Positions 23,401-36,094 of a stretch of DNA of 64,000 nt are shown one piece after another; the stretch's first letter is position 1; each line of letters begins with the position of its first letter. Made by a program: the position numbers and the translations under genes. The notes below the pieces were generated by a model. It worked only from the letters and a program-made list of their open reading frames with translations. It searched no databases and had not been told where the DNA came from. The DNA comes from Vitrella brassicaformis CCMP3155 (lineage: Eukaryota > Protista > Chromerida): assembly GCA_001179505.1 (NCBI GenBank), contig CDMY01000430.1:1-64000 (forward strand), given 5' to 3'.

Positions 23401-25461
23401 TCACTCTCTGGAATGTCGCTACGCTGTTGCACAGACCCATGGGCATGCGGATCCATTGCAGTTGTGTCTGCCCGTTGACCGAGAAGGCCGTCTTGTGTCT
23501 GTCTTCTGGGCTGACTTCGACCTGCCAAAAGCCCGACGTCGCATCGAGCGTCGTGAACCACGACATGCCCTGGAGGGAGTCAAAACACTGATCAATCAAA
23601 GGTGGGGCGTAGCGAGACTTCTGAGTCATTTCGTTGAGCCAGCGATAGTCCACACACAGACGCCAGCTGCCGTCTTTCTTCTGACCATTACGATGGCTGC
23701 ATTGTATTCAGAATCAGCAGCTTCGACGACACCGCTGCTCTTCAAGTCGCTCACTATCTTCACTGCTTCCTCATGCTCAATCTGAGCCAGCCTACGAGGC
23801 TTCATGTACGGAGGAATGCCACTGACACTGATGCGATGGACACCGAGAGACGGATCGACATGGCCAAGGTCGTTCTTGTCACACGAAAACACGCCCGTCC
23901 GTTGTGCTGCTTTGATCACATCCACTGCCCGTCTTTTCTGTTGGTCCGTCAGGCCTTTGCCGATTTGTATCCCATGGCTGATTTCGTCAGCATCTGGGTA
24001 GCTACGGATGCTTTCTGTTTGTGGCTGCGTGGCCATCAAGTGATCGATCCGCTCTCTATCAATCTCACAAGGTACGACATCAGCATCAGCCACCTCGACT
24101 GCTGCAATCCGTCCCGTCTCGTCCACAGGTCGCTGCATTGTGGGCATGGAAGGGAGTACATCAAACCAGCCCAGCAGGTGGTTCTTGGGCAAGACGACCC
24201 TCTTGTGTGACGGATTGCTGATCCTGATATGCACACAACGACCTGATATCACTTCGCTTGTCTCGTCATCTACACATAGCCATGCGCCTCTGTGGCATGC
24301 GAGTGCTGGATGCACTAACAGACGACCAACCTCCCCTTTCATCTGTCTGTCAGGTCCCTTCAATCGTGCTAGCACCCATGTCTCCCTGCCGGCCGGGATG
24401 GGTGTCTTTGCCGTGACATGGACCTGATAGCTCAATCTCTTCCCGTCCGCAGGTGCGTCGATTCGAGTCAGGCCAAAAGCCATGACACTCAGGCTATTTA
24501 TCCCACATGTCTGTGGTGCGTGTATGTCCATAGGTGGCCATTCTGGTCGTGATGTGACACGTACTTTTCCGATCTCATGGTCAACGATGACCCTTTCTTC
24601 GCGAATCGCCTTGCCTCCCAGTAAGACGACACATTTGGAGTCATCGATGACATAGAAATCGACAGGCAGCGGGTTCGTGGCTGCTGTCTGTGTGTCCATT
24701 GTATCAGGCCACAAGGCGACTCTTGCGACCTTTTCGACCGCCACTTCACCATGGTGTAGCACACTGAGCGTCATGACGCCTGGACATATCGTCACTTCTC
24801 TGTCTCCTTCCTTTCGCAGCTTGTCAAGCATCTTGGTGCTCATTACACTCAGGTCGGCACCAGTATCAACGAGCACATCCACTCTCACACCATTTGCTTT
24901 CATTCGCACCTAGGTCTGCCATCTAACAGTCGGCACGAGCCCACGTCGTCTCTCTCGCCTATCTTCTACAGCGCAGCACTGCATCGCTTCCTCAGAACCA
25001 CCTACAACATCCCCCTCACATACATGTAAGTGAGCCGCCTGCACTGCATCGTCAGTGCATTGCATATGATTCAACTGACACTCATATTCGTCACTCCTTT
25101 CAGGCGCAGCAGGCGGAGAAGAAGGCGTCCCCTCTTCCCGCCGGCCGCAAACGAGGGCTTGGCTGGATCCGGCCTCGTTACACAGTTCCAGCCCTCCGTC
25201 AATTGTCATCGGTGGCGACCCACCACCACCGGATCGACTAGGGACACTTGATCGGCTAGGGATGCTTGATCGACTAGGGATGCAAGTTCCCCTCAACTGA
25301 CGGGTTACGCATGAGGGTTGACTCTCATATGATTGCTTGGTCAAGTACGTGTCCACCTCGTCTGTGTCACGTAAGTGGCTATCCGCAGAAAGCACTGGGG
25401 TGTAGCCCACGAAAACTGTCTCCCCCGTTCGCTCAGTTGTCTCTGTCTGACTTGCGGTCAA
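20404..25461 (-). mobile_element. Degenerate Ty3/Gypsy LTR retrotransposon with C-terminal chromodomain (gag remnant-PR-RT-RNaseH-IN-chromo)
   Basis: PR VLVDTGAD. RT DYRWLN, LDATSGFWQV, YVDDIVIFS. RNase H TDASDYAIG, EREAFAI, SDHHAL. IN HIFGGH...CQKC, MDFIG, TDNGSHF, QANGLIERFNRT. Chromo YEVEQVIGKR...YKLKWRWYPLSHSTWEDEENL. At least four frame breaks. Confidence 0.95.
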
Positions 25462-26581
25462 TCACTATTCCTTACTCGCTATTTTCACCCAAAACAGCCG
25501 TCGGGCGTGCAGCCGTGTGTAGCACAGTCACAGCCATCAGCATGCATGTACATGCCCGCACCTGCCCGCACCTCTGTGTGTGTGGTGTGGTCAGTCAGTC
25601 GTGTGCCCGAGTAATGGGAGGCGATCGGCCAGACGGAGAGCATACGAAAATGCCAGGCAACAAATATACACAGTTTTGTCGAGAGTGATTTTTGGTCGCC
25701 TCGAGGTTGAGTGAGGTTGAGTACGTATTTTAGAAGGGCTGGACAAGAGGAGACGCCAGAGGTTTCGGCAGAATTCACGTGTGGTGAGTGCATGCGGCGA
25801 GTGTTGGGGAATATGAAGGCTGCAATTACAAAGGCTTTGACGAGAGGACGATGCAGTCCCCCCCCCCCCATTTAGCCTTAAAGGGCGAACGTGTAGGTAT
25901 TCCAGGCAGAGGATGATGCGCCCATCTTAGATGAGTGCATTTGGGTCGGACGGCAGGCATTGGTATTGGTGGAGCTTTGCAAGGGGAGGGAGACTGCGCG
26001 CTGTGATGATGCGGGGGCGTGTTATGGGGGCGTCTTGTTCCCGAAGTGAATGAGGCCTTTTTGTGTGGTTCAACCTGTTTCAGGCTGGTCGAAGCCTGGG
26101 ATGGCAAAGAAGACGTGCTCAAGCTGGTCGGCGAGGTGACGAACGCTTTTGAAAACATGGCAATGCTCACCAATATCCTGCTCGCCAGGCTCCGCCAGAC
26201 TTGAACATACGAAATACAAGCAGACAAGACACCAACTCGAGCCTACCCCGATGGCGGTGCCCGCCCGGGAGGCCTTGCGCGTGAGCCGACAGAGGTCGGA
26301 CTGCCGGTCGAGTGGGGCCGGAAGGGGAGCGCGGAAGGACGGGTCGACAAGGCCGATGCCGCCGTGGCGCACGGGGCGAAGGAGCAGCCGCTTCATGTCG
26401 TCAGAGAGGGGCTGTGGTGTGCCGACGAGTGCGGGCAGGAACGTCGTCAGCTGAGTGAATTCTAGCCTACTGATACGTGTCCTCAGCTACCGCACTGGTC
26501 AACCCCCGGCCAGGTGTGCAGTGACATCAACGCTGACGACATGCGGCAGGGAGGCCTGCGAGTGGGTTCAAGAGAGCAGGG

Positions 26582-27955
26582 ATGGACAAAGAGGTCGGCA
26601 ATTCATTGGGCATTGCCAAGGACGAGGATGTGACGTTGGATCTCCTCGACAAGCATAACTGGAAGGACACCGTGGGACTTGCTCACTGGCAGACTGACGA
26701 CCTAGAGGACTCAGAGGACGAGCCCGTGCACGCACCCGCGCCCAGTGGCAACGGCCGCAGCGAGGAACCTGACGGCGAGAGTGATGGAGAGGGCAAGGAG
26801 GAGCCAGAGGCGTCGCGTGCCCGCATCGAGAACGCACTCATTCGCAGCAATGAGGGAAAGAAAAAGGCCATAACAATCGAGGTGCCGGGCGAGGGGCCGT
26901 GTGTGCTGTCCAAGGTTTTGTCGGTTCATGCAATCAGGCGGCTTATCGGCCGACCGATCACTTCGGGTCAGCCAAAGCTAGACCAGTGTGGGGCGCGTAG
27001 GTCACGGTGGTTTGGTGTGTGTAGGTGAGAGGAGTCGGGCGCAAGTGTCTGGACGTGTTGCTGCCGCGGAAAGGAGAGAAGATTGTGAGGATTGGGGGCT
27101 TCTACGTATGTCTCTTCAATGAGCAGGACCCACACACGCGACTATGCGTATCAATGGTGTGTAATCACAATACGGATACGCAAGGGTCGCGGTCGGCCGA
27201 CGGGTGTGTGTTTGGCTGCTCCTGTGTGCGTTGTGATGTGCAGGTACATCTGTCGTGTGGTGGGTGCTTGTGTGGGTGCCTCCCGGCCCCACACCAATGT
27301 ACCAACCAATCTCCCTCATGTACGACAACAAAAACGCCGAGCTCGACATCGAATTCTTCGCCCCTGTCCATCCAGAGGACGATTCCATGGACACCGACAG
27401 CCCTGTGATGTGCATGCTCACCCCGCCGAGGACAGCTGGTGTGCGCCAGCCAACATCGTGCATCATCCACGCAGTGGCTGAGGCTGACTTCTCGGCGAAG
27501 AGGGGTCACGAGGGGGTGCATTCAAGCTTGCAAGGCCAGCATATCACCGCACAAAGACGGTGGTGGCTGACAAGATCAAGGAGCTGGAGGAGCAGATGGA
27601 GAAGGAGGCAGCAACTCGTCGTGCTCAGCAGCCAGCCATGCCGCCCGTGGGGCCTGGGGAGGGCAAACGAGAGGTGAGACGGAGGCTCGATGACGCCTAC
27701 GCCGAGTGGTCAGACGTGGATGAGGAAAACAGCGATGTTGCTGAGCCTCCACCGGCTCTGTGGGGGCGAGGGCGGGGCAGGGGCGGGCGGGGAGGGAGGG
27801 GGAGGGGAGGGAGGGGCAGGGGCGGGGCAAATGCTGGCCGAGGCAAGGCCAAAGCAAAGGGGGGAGTCAAGAGGCCACCCAGGGAGTCTCGAGATGAAGA
27901 CGATGACTTCGTGCAGCAGATAAAGAAGCCGCACGCTGGCAGGAAGAGGGGATGA
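26582..27955 (+). CDS. Hypothetical spliced protein with acidic region and RGG-rich C-terminus, possibly transposon-encoded
   Basis: Successive protein-like ORF segments (DKEVGNSLGIAKDEDV..., YDNKNAELDIEFFAPV..., GRGRGRGGRGG...). No family recognised. Confidence 0.4.
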
Positions 27956-28259
27956 GAGGGGGGGTGGTTGGGTGGATGTGTTGATAATGAGAGGGCGGGT
28001 GGTTGGGTGGATGTTTTGATATCGCTGCCAGTGGTTGACTCATCTTTGAGACAGACACATAGGTCTTGTGCATAGCAAGTAAGCTTTGTTGTGTATATAT
28101 ACCAGCAGAGTCACTGAAGCGCATCAAAATCACACATTTCAGACACACACGCAGCCGAAATCACAGCAGCAGACGAGAAATCAGTGCAAATCACGATTTG
28201 GCTGGAATCCATTACCAACGCCAATAGATTTCTGATTCCCTGATTCCAGGTGCTGCACA

Positions 28260-28283
28260 ATAGAAATCAGCGCTGATTTCTAT
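28260..28283. other. Perfect 24-bp palindrome within a cluster of AATCA/TGATT motifs
   Basis: ATAGAAATCAGCGCTGATTTCTAT is its own reverse complement. Confidence 0.85.
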
Positions 28284-29004
28284 ATGATCCCTGTGTGATT
28301 CCGGATGCAGAGTGAGTACCCGTGACTTTTTGGGTCAAAGATCTGTCTTTTTGGATGGATAATCTGTCTATTTGCAATAGAGAGTCATCTTTCTGGTCAA
28401 AAAGCCATTTTTTTGGTGGAGAAAGTCACCTTCTGCCCCAGATCGGCAGCTCGCAGGTCAAAAAAGCGAGCTTCGACGGGGACTTTTTGCCCAGACCCTT
28501 CCTGTGTAGTCGACAGCTGGAACACGGCGAAACCCCTTCGCCGCTTTGTCGAGAGGGCCGCGCAACAAGCGCGTTCACGGAAAACTGAGGAAAACTGAGA
28601 CCAGAAAACTGAGGGCATGCATTCGAAAAGTGTCTCCGCTGCTGCATCCTTGATGTGTCGTTTCTGCAGTACAATAAAGGGCCTTCAAATCAAGACCAGC
28701 AGTGTAGTCGTGGACGGAAGATTCACAAAGTCTCGCGTGGTCGCGATGGGAACCTCGATGTGGCTCGATAGGGTAAGGGACGTTTCAGACGGAGCCACAC
28801 ATGTGGATGTCCGCTTTCCAGATCAAGACCTGTGTCGTGACGTGCTTCTGACCGGGTCACATGTCTCTTGATATAGCAAGTCTTTGCCGCACTGACGAAA
28901 AGACAGAGGTATGCAAATCTGTTCACTCGATAGTCTGCGCCCATTTGAGGGAACAGACCCTTTGCCGCACAAACACTTCAAGCTTCGTAAACACCTTAGC
29001 AACC

Positions 29005-30665
29005 TTAACACTTGGCCCAGCGTCTGTCACCGGCCGCTCCTTTTACTCGATCCCACCATTGACCACCCCACCTACAGCGAAGCTGATGCACTGATTTCGT
29101 GGTCTGAGGCCAGATGGTATAAGCCGGGGACCATAGCTTGCTTTTGACACGTTCTTCGCTCCACATTGAGGGTTGGAAGAGCCTGATGAACGATTCCTTG
29201 TACTTGTCGAGACCGTAAATGACATAGGCAATAGCCAAGTGTTCGACAAGGCGGTCCATATTAAAGCCGCCCTGGTTGGAGAATGGCCACTTCTTGCCAT
29301 GTGATAGCCCGTGGGGGATCAAAAAGTCGATGGCTTTCTTAATGCTGCCCCCGCTCTTTGCAACGTAGTGGTAGTTGTCAACCTCAACATTGGCGGCGAC
29401 CCGTGCGAGAAGCAGCTGCGCATTGAGGCCAAACAAGGAATAGAACCACGACGTTGCTCGCTTTACTTCATGCTTTTGCACGCCTGTGTGGTCGATCTGC
29501 ACGCCTATCCTCTTTTCCAGGGCCATCCTTGCCTTTCGGTTTGCCAGGTCCGTCTCCTTGAGGAAGAGCGCGGTTGAGATGTACTGGACGTCATAGAGCA
29601 GGCCGTGGTTATTGTTGCGCGCAGATTCTTTTTTGCCATGGTTGCTATTTGTTTGCCAGTCGATGTATTCCTCGAACCACGCTTGCATCCCGTTTTCGTC
29701 CTGCTCAGTCCAATGCTTGGAGTTCTTGATGAGGGCGATGCCATCAAAGAGTTGATAGGAGACAGACATGTCGACAACTCCCTGTCTACGACCACGGGGG
29801 TGCCCCCTTACAATCTGGGCATACTCCAGATGCGGGTTCATGCGCGTGTCGTCGTCGAGGAACCAGACCCGTATCTTTTCCACGGCATCTTTGGCATATC
29901 TTTCGTCCTCTAGGAAGTAGTATCCCAGCCCAAGCCTCTCCACACTCAAGAACAAGTCACGCAGGTTTTTGTAATCCGGTACAGAGTGGATCTCCGGGTT
30001 CGTTTTCCCATCGATATTAATATAGGGAAGGCCGGATGGATTTTCCTTTGTGACGTTGGGCCACCAGTAACGCGCCAAACTCATGTAGTCATGCTTGTCC
30101 CTACTAGGGGGCCGGTCGCTCTTGTCAAGCACTGAGACAGGCTCCTTCTGAAGAATGTGTTCGCATTCGTCGTATAATGATTTGAGAGAAGCTGCTAAGT
30201 CTCTTTGGCATATCTTTCGTCCTCTAGGAAGTAGTATCCCAGCCCAAGCCTCTCCACACTCAAGAACAAGTCACGCAGGTTTTTGTAATCCGGTACAGAG
30301 TGGATCTCCGGGTTCGTTTTCCCATCGATATTAATATAGGGAAGGCCGGATGGATTTTCCTTTGTGACGTTGGGCCACCAGTAACGCGCCAAACTCATGT
30401 AGTCATGCTTGTCCCTACTAGGGGGCCGGTCGCTCTTGTCAAGCACTGAGACAGGCTCCTTCTGAAGAATGTGTTCGCATTCGTCGTATAATGATTTGAG
30501 AGAAGCTGCTAAGTCTTTGTCGCCGTCGATGATCATCTGCTTGCTGATCTGCAGCTGCGTGGCGTTGAGTACGGTAAGGCCAGAAATGGACACAGCAGAG
30601 GGCGGCATGGAAGCAACAAGGCGGCAAAGCAGGCTTGTTAACGCAAGCGCGCCTTTCCTTCCCAT
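29005..30665 (-). pseudogene. Polysaccharide lyase (Alginate_lyase PF05426 type, probably PL38-like), frameshifted by an internal duplication
   Basis: PPSRDKHDYMSLARYWWPN...GLPYINIDGKTNPE, WFLDDDTRMNPHLEYAQ, NNNHG, HEVKRATSWFYS. No introns evident. Hydrophobic N-terminus. Removing one 314-bp copy gives a 448-aa ORF. Confidence 0.88.
29888..30515. repeat. Tandem duplication of 314 bp inside the lyase gene
   Basis: 29888-30201 = 30202-30515. 314 is not a multiple of 3. Confidence 0.95.
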
Positions 30666-31243
30666 CTTTGGGTATCCTCGGGTGAAGAACAGGATGATGA
30701 AGAAACGCAGATAGCAAGGGTTTTTTTTTCACACCCGGGGAGTTCCAACGGCCCTGCCGAAACCTTTTGCCCTAGGCCCCAGACGACGGCTGCAGAGCCC
30801 ATAAACACCCATATTTTCACCTGCATGCGTGCCTCCTAACAGCGGATTCTGTGTCTGGGTGTTCGATTCCGGTGTGTGTAACGGAGAGGTTGCGCAGGTT
30901 CCACTGTGAAAGATGAAAAGAGAATGGTTCTGCGAAGAGCAGCAATGGTGGCTGTGCTGCTCTGCGTCCACACCTTTGGCGGTCATTTCACGACCACCAA
31001 TTACCGCCAATTGAAATGACCGCCAATCACATACGCAGACCGCAACGCTAACGCATTTGTCCGAGACCATCTTCCACGTGGTCACGACACAGGTCAGCTG
31101 CGACACAGCTGAAGAGTCAACTGACCAAAGATGGCACATGCGGGCGACCTTCGTCACGTCCGCGATTGGAACATGACCGTGAGGCACATGATATTTCAAG
31201 GAGAAGCTGAGGGGAAGCAGATGTTCCCGCTGCGTTTGAGGAC

Positions 31244-32028
31244 ATGCTCGATACAGGAAGCCAGGTGTGCATACTCACACAGACACCCAGGAAAGGGGCG
31301 GGGCCACCCCCCGAATCTGTCAAACCCGACAAGAATGCACCTGGTTGCGACTTCGACTTCTCTGCAGTCGTCATCGTCGCCGCAAGCAAGTATCGCGCGA
31401 CCGTCGCAACAATCAGAGCACGAGGAGTTGAGTATGACTTGGATTTCGATAGCCATGGTCGTCCAATGGAGGCACGTCTGGTGCATTCATACGACACAGG
31501 CATCTATGCTAGGGCCAAAGGCAGCTACAGACGAATGCCCAACAGCAATGGTGTGTATTGTCTGGGGTTAACCCGTGACGAGTTCTTCAACTTCTTCACC
31601 AATCCATTCTACATCGAAACAACGAGCGATGGGAAAGAGCTGATAAGGATGGATTGGGACCTGAAGAGTGGAGGCTATAGCTCATATCGTGGTACGGATC
31701 GCGCGGTCAACCGCCCCTGGACTGGGATGCCGGCATGGCCGCCTACGGTCCCCTGGATGCTGACGTCGGCAACAAAGCGACAATTCTGAGGTTGCACTTT
31801 CCGTGGAACGGGGACACTCGCACACAGAAGTGGTGGGTTGTCACAGGTCAAAGTGACGATTCGCCGACCGAAGTGCATGCCGAAGTCGAGAAAAAGCAAT
31901 TCGAGCACTGGGTGGACATCCCAGAGGGAGCCGAGAATTGCAAGTATTTCCATGCGGTGGCGTTTGATGATCAAGATGAGGAAATGAATCGGTCGCAAGT
32001 GGTGGCCACGTCAGCCTCTTTGCCCTAG
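31244..32028 (+). pseudogene. Arylsulfotransferase (ASST, Arylsulfotran_2-like) C-terminal half, frameshifted
   Basis: ARGVEYDLD...ARLVHSY...GSYRRMPNSN, YSSYR...PWTGMPAWPP, WNGDT...W.V..G, KQFEH, YFHAVAFD follow the ASST C-terminal pattern. One base is missing in the C run at 31750-31753 and the N-terminus is absent. Confidence 0.6.
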
Positions 32029-33413
32029 ACGTTCTCGCGTCCTTCGGCGGAGAGGCACCTGAAAGACTACGTTTGCGAGTCCACTAGACTTCACCCGGCA
32101 AACGCTAGAAATGCACTGAGACATTGAACTTCCCCTTTTCGATGCTGATATCTGGCGGTGTCTCACTCTTGAGCCAGCCGTTCGGCCTTGCACAAAGTGT
32201 TTGAGGCTTGGGCGAACTTCCCCTTTGTGTTCACTTCAAATCCTTAGAAAAAGGGGCAAATAGTGAGTGTATGAGTGATGTAACAGAGGGGCATCTGCAA
32301 CTCAAAACAGTGTATCTGAGCTGTCAGTCAAATATTTACACTCGCTGGCATACAGAGTGTGTCAATGAAATTCTTGTGTTCTAGAAGAACTCACTCCAAA
32401 CCACCTCTTCATAATAAGCAGACTTACAGCAAGCTGCGGGGATGGGGTTAGCAGACGGGTCTTAGCAGACCGGCGGTGTCTACGCATGATGATGCTTGAT
32501 GGAACTTGCGGGTTTTCGTTTTTACATTTCTCTCTGAGGTGCATGCGCATGACTACTTGATGCTGTGTGGAATTCCAGACATCATCTTTTCATGCGAGAC
32601 CTCGCTTCCGTCACTGAACCTCCACCGCCCTCTAGTTCCCTGTTTGGTCGTAAGTGGACTTCTGGAATGAGTCGGACTTTTGCCGAGAGCGTGTGATTGG
32701 CTGCACGAAGACCTTCTTCTTTCGTGATCGATCGCACAAACGTTCAAGCCGTTGATTTGCACGCAAAGCCACTCATTCATGTCGCGTCTGACTCACTGCA
32801 AGAGCATCCCTTTGTCAACATCATTCATGCAGTCAGCCGGCTACTCTCCTTCCTCTACACATGTCTGCCCACTACTTTATTGTACAGCGACACACACTGC
32901 GAACCACACAATGCCATGCACAGAGACAACGAGTCATCATCTGCTGCACCGGCACCTGGCTGAGCCGCATCTTCCTCGTCCCACTGCTCACAACTGGCTC
33001 TCTCTTGAAACGTGCAAATATCAGTGTGAGCACACACACACAGGCACGGACCCAGAGCTGCGGGGCAGCCGTAGTAGCGCGGTCACGTCCATGTGCGCAC
33101 ACACTCCTCTGCCTATCTGGGTGCCTCCGGGTGGGATGCATGCTTACCTGATGCTTACTCATACGGGGATGGATTCATGATGACTTGTCGTGCTATGGCA
33201 GACATAATATGTTACTTTCGGTATTTGCGCACGTGCTGATTGCCCCACTCACCAACCGTTGACATACGTGCAGAGCGGCACCAACTTGCGAATGAGTCCT
33301 CCCCCACCTCAAAAGCGAAGTAGGCTCATAAAGTAATTACAATAATAATCCTTCCACGTATTACTATTTTTTTGTCACAGACCATACGCTCTTGGTCGTC
33401 GGAGTTGGACGAA

Positions 33414-36094
33414 ATGAAAGATTGCAGTCTTGCACAGCTCTTCTGGTCTTGTTTCGTGATTGCTTACGCCGTGGCCGTCAACAGCACCATCGTAACCTCT
33501 GCCGCGTCTGATGGAGCGTTGCCACTCCAAGTGAACGTGTTTGTGGACGACAGTGGTGCGCTCAAATATGCAGTGCTCGCCGGCGATCACCAGATCATCA
33601 ATCCGTCCTCCCTTGGGCTTTTATTGGCTGGAGACGCTAATCTGGGAGAGGACGTGGAGATTGTGGCAGAAACGGACCCGAAGGAGGTACAGAAGACTTA
33701 TCGAAAAATGGGCACTCATCCAGTCGCTCACAGCCATTACGGTAAGCCGTAGACATGACATTCGTGGGTTCAAAATGATTGCGCAGCGTGCAGTGGAGGT
33801 GACCTACACCGTCCATCATATACCTAGCGTACGATGAAAGAAGCGCCTCAGGACACTGCTATGAGATTTTTACTGGTTGTTTCAGGGCTTGCGGTATTAC
33901 ATCGACTTCAGAAGATTTCTGGATGAGTCAACTGGCATTGCATTTCGCTATCGGATACAGCAAACGCCCAAGGAGCCCTTATCAACAACGACGGGTCCAT
34001 TTCTCATGAAGGAAGGCATGAGCGAGTCCATGATCATCAAGGCAGATATGTCGGAGTTTCTCGTCAACTTCACGGAAGCAGATCGGGCATGGTACTTCGA
34101 AAGAGCCGACGGAATGCTATATGACGAGATGATGACATCCACCGGCGAATGGAGAAAGACAGGCCCCCAAAACTTGCGGACCCGGCAGCGAGGCAACAAG
34201 AATCGTTATGGACTACCTCTCCTCATTGAGGATTCAACCTGGAGCGTTCCCTATCCATACCGGATGATTGCAGAGGCTGCTCTATTTGATTCCGACGGCT
34301 TTCACCTCGTGGCACTTCCCGATGGCGATAGAGCGGGGTTCCGAGCAGAGTTCGCACACAGCTATTGGAGGCGGATTCCATCGCTGCGGATGCGAATGCC
34401 TTTGACCACCTCCTGGCGCGTCATTCTCTTGGCGAAGAACCTCAACCACCTCATCAACAGTGATCTGATCACTCATCTGTCTCCATCCCCTGAAGAACGT
34501 AATCCGGGACTCTTCAATTTCAAAAATGCCACTGATGGCCCGCCGGACTTTCCCGACTACATCAAGCCTGGCAGGTAACGGAAATGGACACACACAATGG
34601 ACAAAACGGATTTGATGTGTCGCGATTCGTCTTTGGACAGATCTGTGGTAAGCCACATTGAATGCAGTACGCAAAAGACACTCTGCACTTGCTGAACCGC
34701 TTTGGCCTCTGCAGTGGAACTGGTACATGGACCGGGAGGTTTCAAGGATAACAGCCGAGGAAGAGATGGAATACATCGAGGCTGCAGACAAGATGGGCTT
34801 TGAGTATGCGACTATTGACAACGGGTGGCAGAGGTGGAAACCTAGATCTACTATCAATCGGGTCGCAGCCTTTGCGCGACAGAATGGGATGGGCATCTTG
34901 GTCTGGAAATACAGAAAAGCTATTGATGACGCTCGTAACGATTATGAGAGCCTTCGAACCTTTCTTGACTACGTGAAGGAGACCGGGGCAGCCGGTGTGA
35001 AGTTCGATTTCTTCGTTTCCGAATTGCGGGAGACCGTTGAATTTGAGGAGCTGGTGATGCGTGAGGCTGCTAAACGAGAGCTCCTTGTCAACCTACATGG
35101 CGTTCAAAAACCGACAGGGTACTGTACATTCATTGCACGGATCATTGCCAGAAACCTTCTGTATGTATATCGAAAAACAGTGAGACGCGGACATACCCGA
35201 ATCAAATAACCCGGGAAGCAATCTTGGTGAGCGCCGCTCACCAACTACTTATATCCGTCGCTGACCATGTACTTGTATGTATCAACCAGGGAATGGAGAT
35301 TAACAAGATATCACCGAATAAGATCCCACCGTGGCACAGTGCCGCACTGACGTTCACCAGGTACAAGGCACTACCTCTATCATTCACTTCAAGAACCTTC
35401 TCTATTGTCTCCTCACACACGCGGACAGGTTCCCGTTGGGTCCAGCGGACGTAAGATTCTGGTCATCGTCGCAGAATATGTCGGAGAGTATGTCCTTTCG
35501 ACTTGTGCCTTGCTGTGTAGTATACACCAGTGGTCATACAGAACAGTACTCGGAGAGGACCAACAACCCAGGTACCACCGGGCCTGCAAAGTACACCTGC
35601 ACTCATTGTTTGCTGCTTGGTTTCGCTTCGGACAGGTTCACCAAGTGGCGCTTCTTGTGACATTTACATCGCCTCTTCAAACCATTGCAGAGAGCCCCAC
35701 GTTCCTTCTGAGACAGAAGTATAATGACATCGTGAGAGACATTCCCACTGTTTGGGACGAGACGAGAGCGGTACCCCCGAGCGTGATTGGCAGCTTGACC
35801 GTGCTGGCGAGGCGGAAGGACGACACCTGGTTCTTAGGCATTGTCAGCGGACGCATGGAGACACGCACTATTCGATCAATACCCCTAGGCTTCCTCGACA
35901 GGAGTAAAAGCTACACTGCGACGTTTCTGTTCACTAAGACCCTCCGCGGGGAGACGGAGGAGGACGTGGCAGTCAACAAGGTGGCCAGATTCCGATACAA
36001 GAGACTTACCAACGTCAGACTGTGGGGCGAAAGGACCAAAGGTGACGGCCTGGTCACCATTTTTAAGCCGACGGATGCCAGAGACATTTCTTGA
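33414..36094 (+). CDS. Secreted glycoside hydrolase family 97 (alpha-glucosidase/alpha-galactosidase type), 703 aa, 10 exons
   Basis: Exons 33414-33741, 33794-33828, 33886-34574, 34641-34647, 34715-35118, 35181-35226, 35290-35360, 35429-35450, 35521-35571, 35636-36094 total 2112 nt. All introns are GT-AG and phases agree. Motifs IKPGRSVWNW, GVKFDF, NLHGVQKPTGETRTYPNQITREAILGME, FTRFPLGPADYTP, HQVALLVTFTSPLQ. Signal-peptide-like N-terminus. Confidence 0.92.

Noticed and set aside
24907-24915. Programmed stop-codon readthrough between Gypsy gag and pol (in-frame TAG)
   Set aside because: The stop lies about 12 codons before the protease DTG in an element with several other frame breaks. A nonsense mutation is more likely.
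26019-26460. Possible DDE transposase fragment
   Set aside because: There are protein-like stretches, but I could not identify any catalytic motif.
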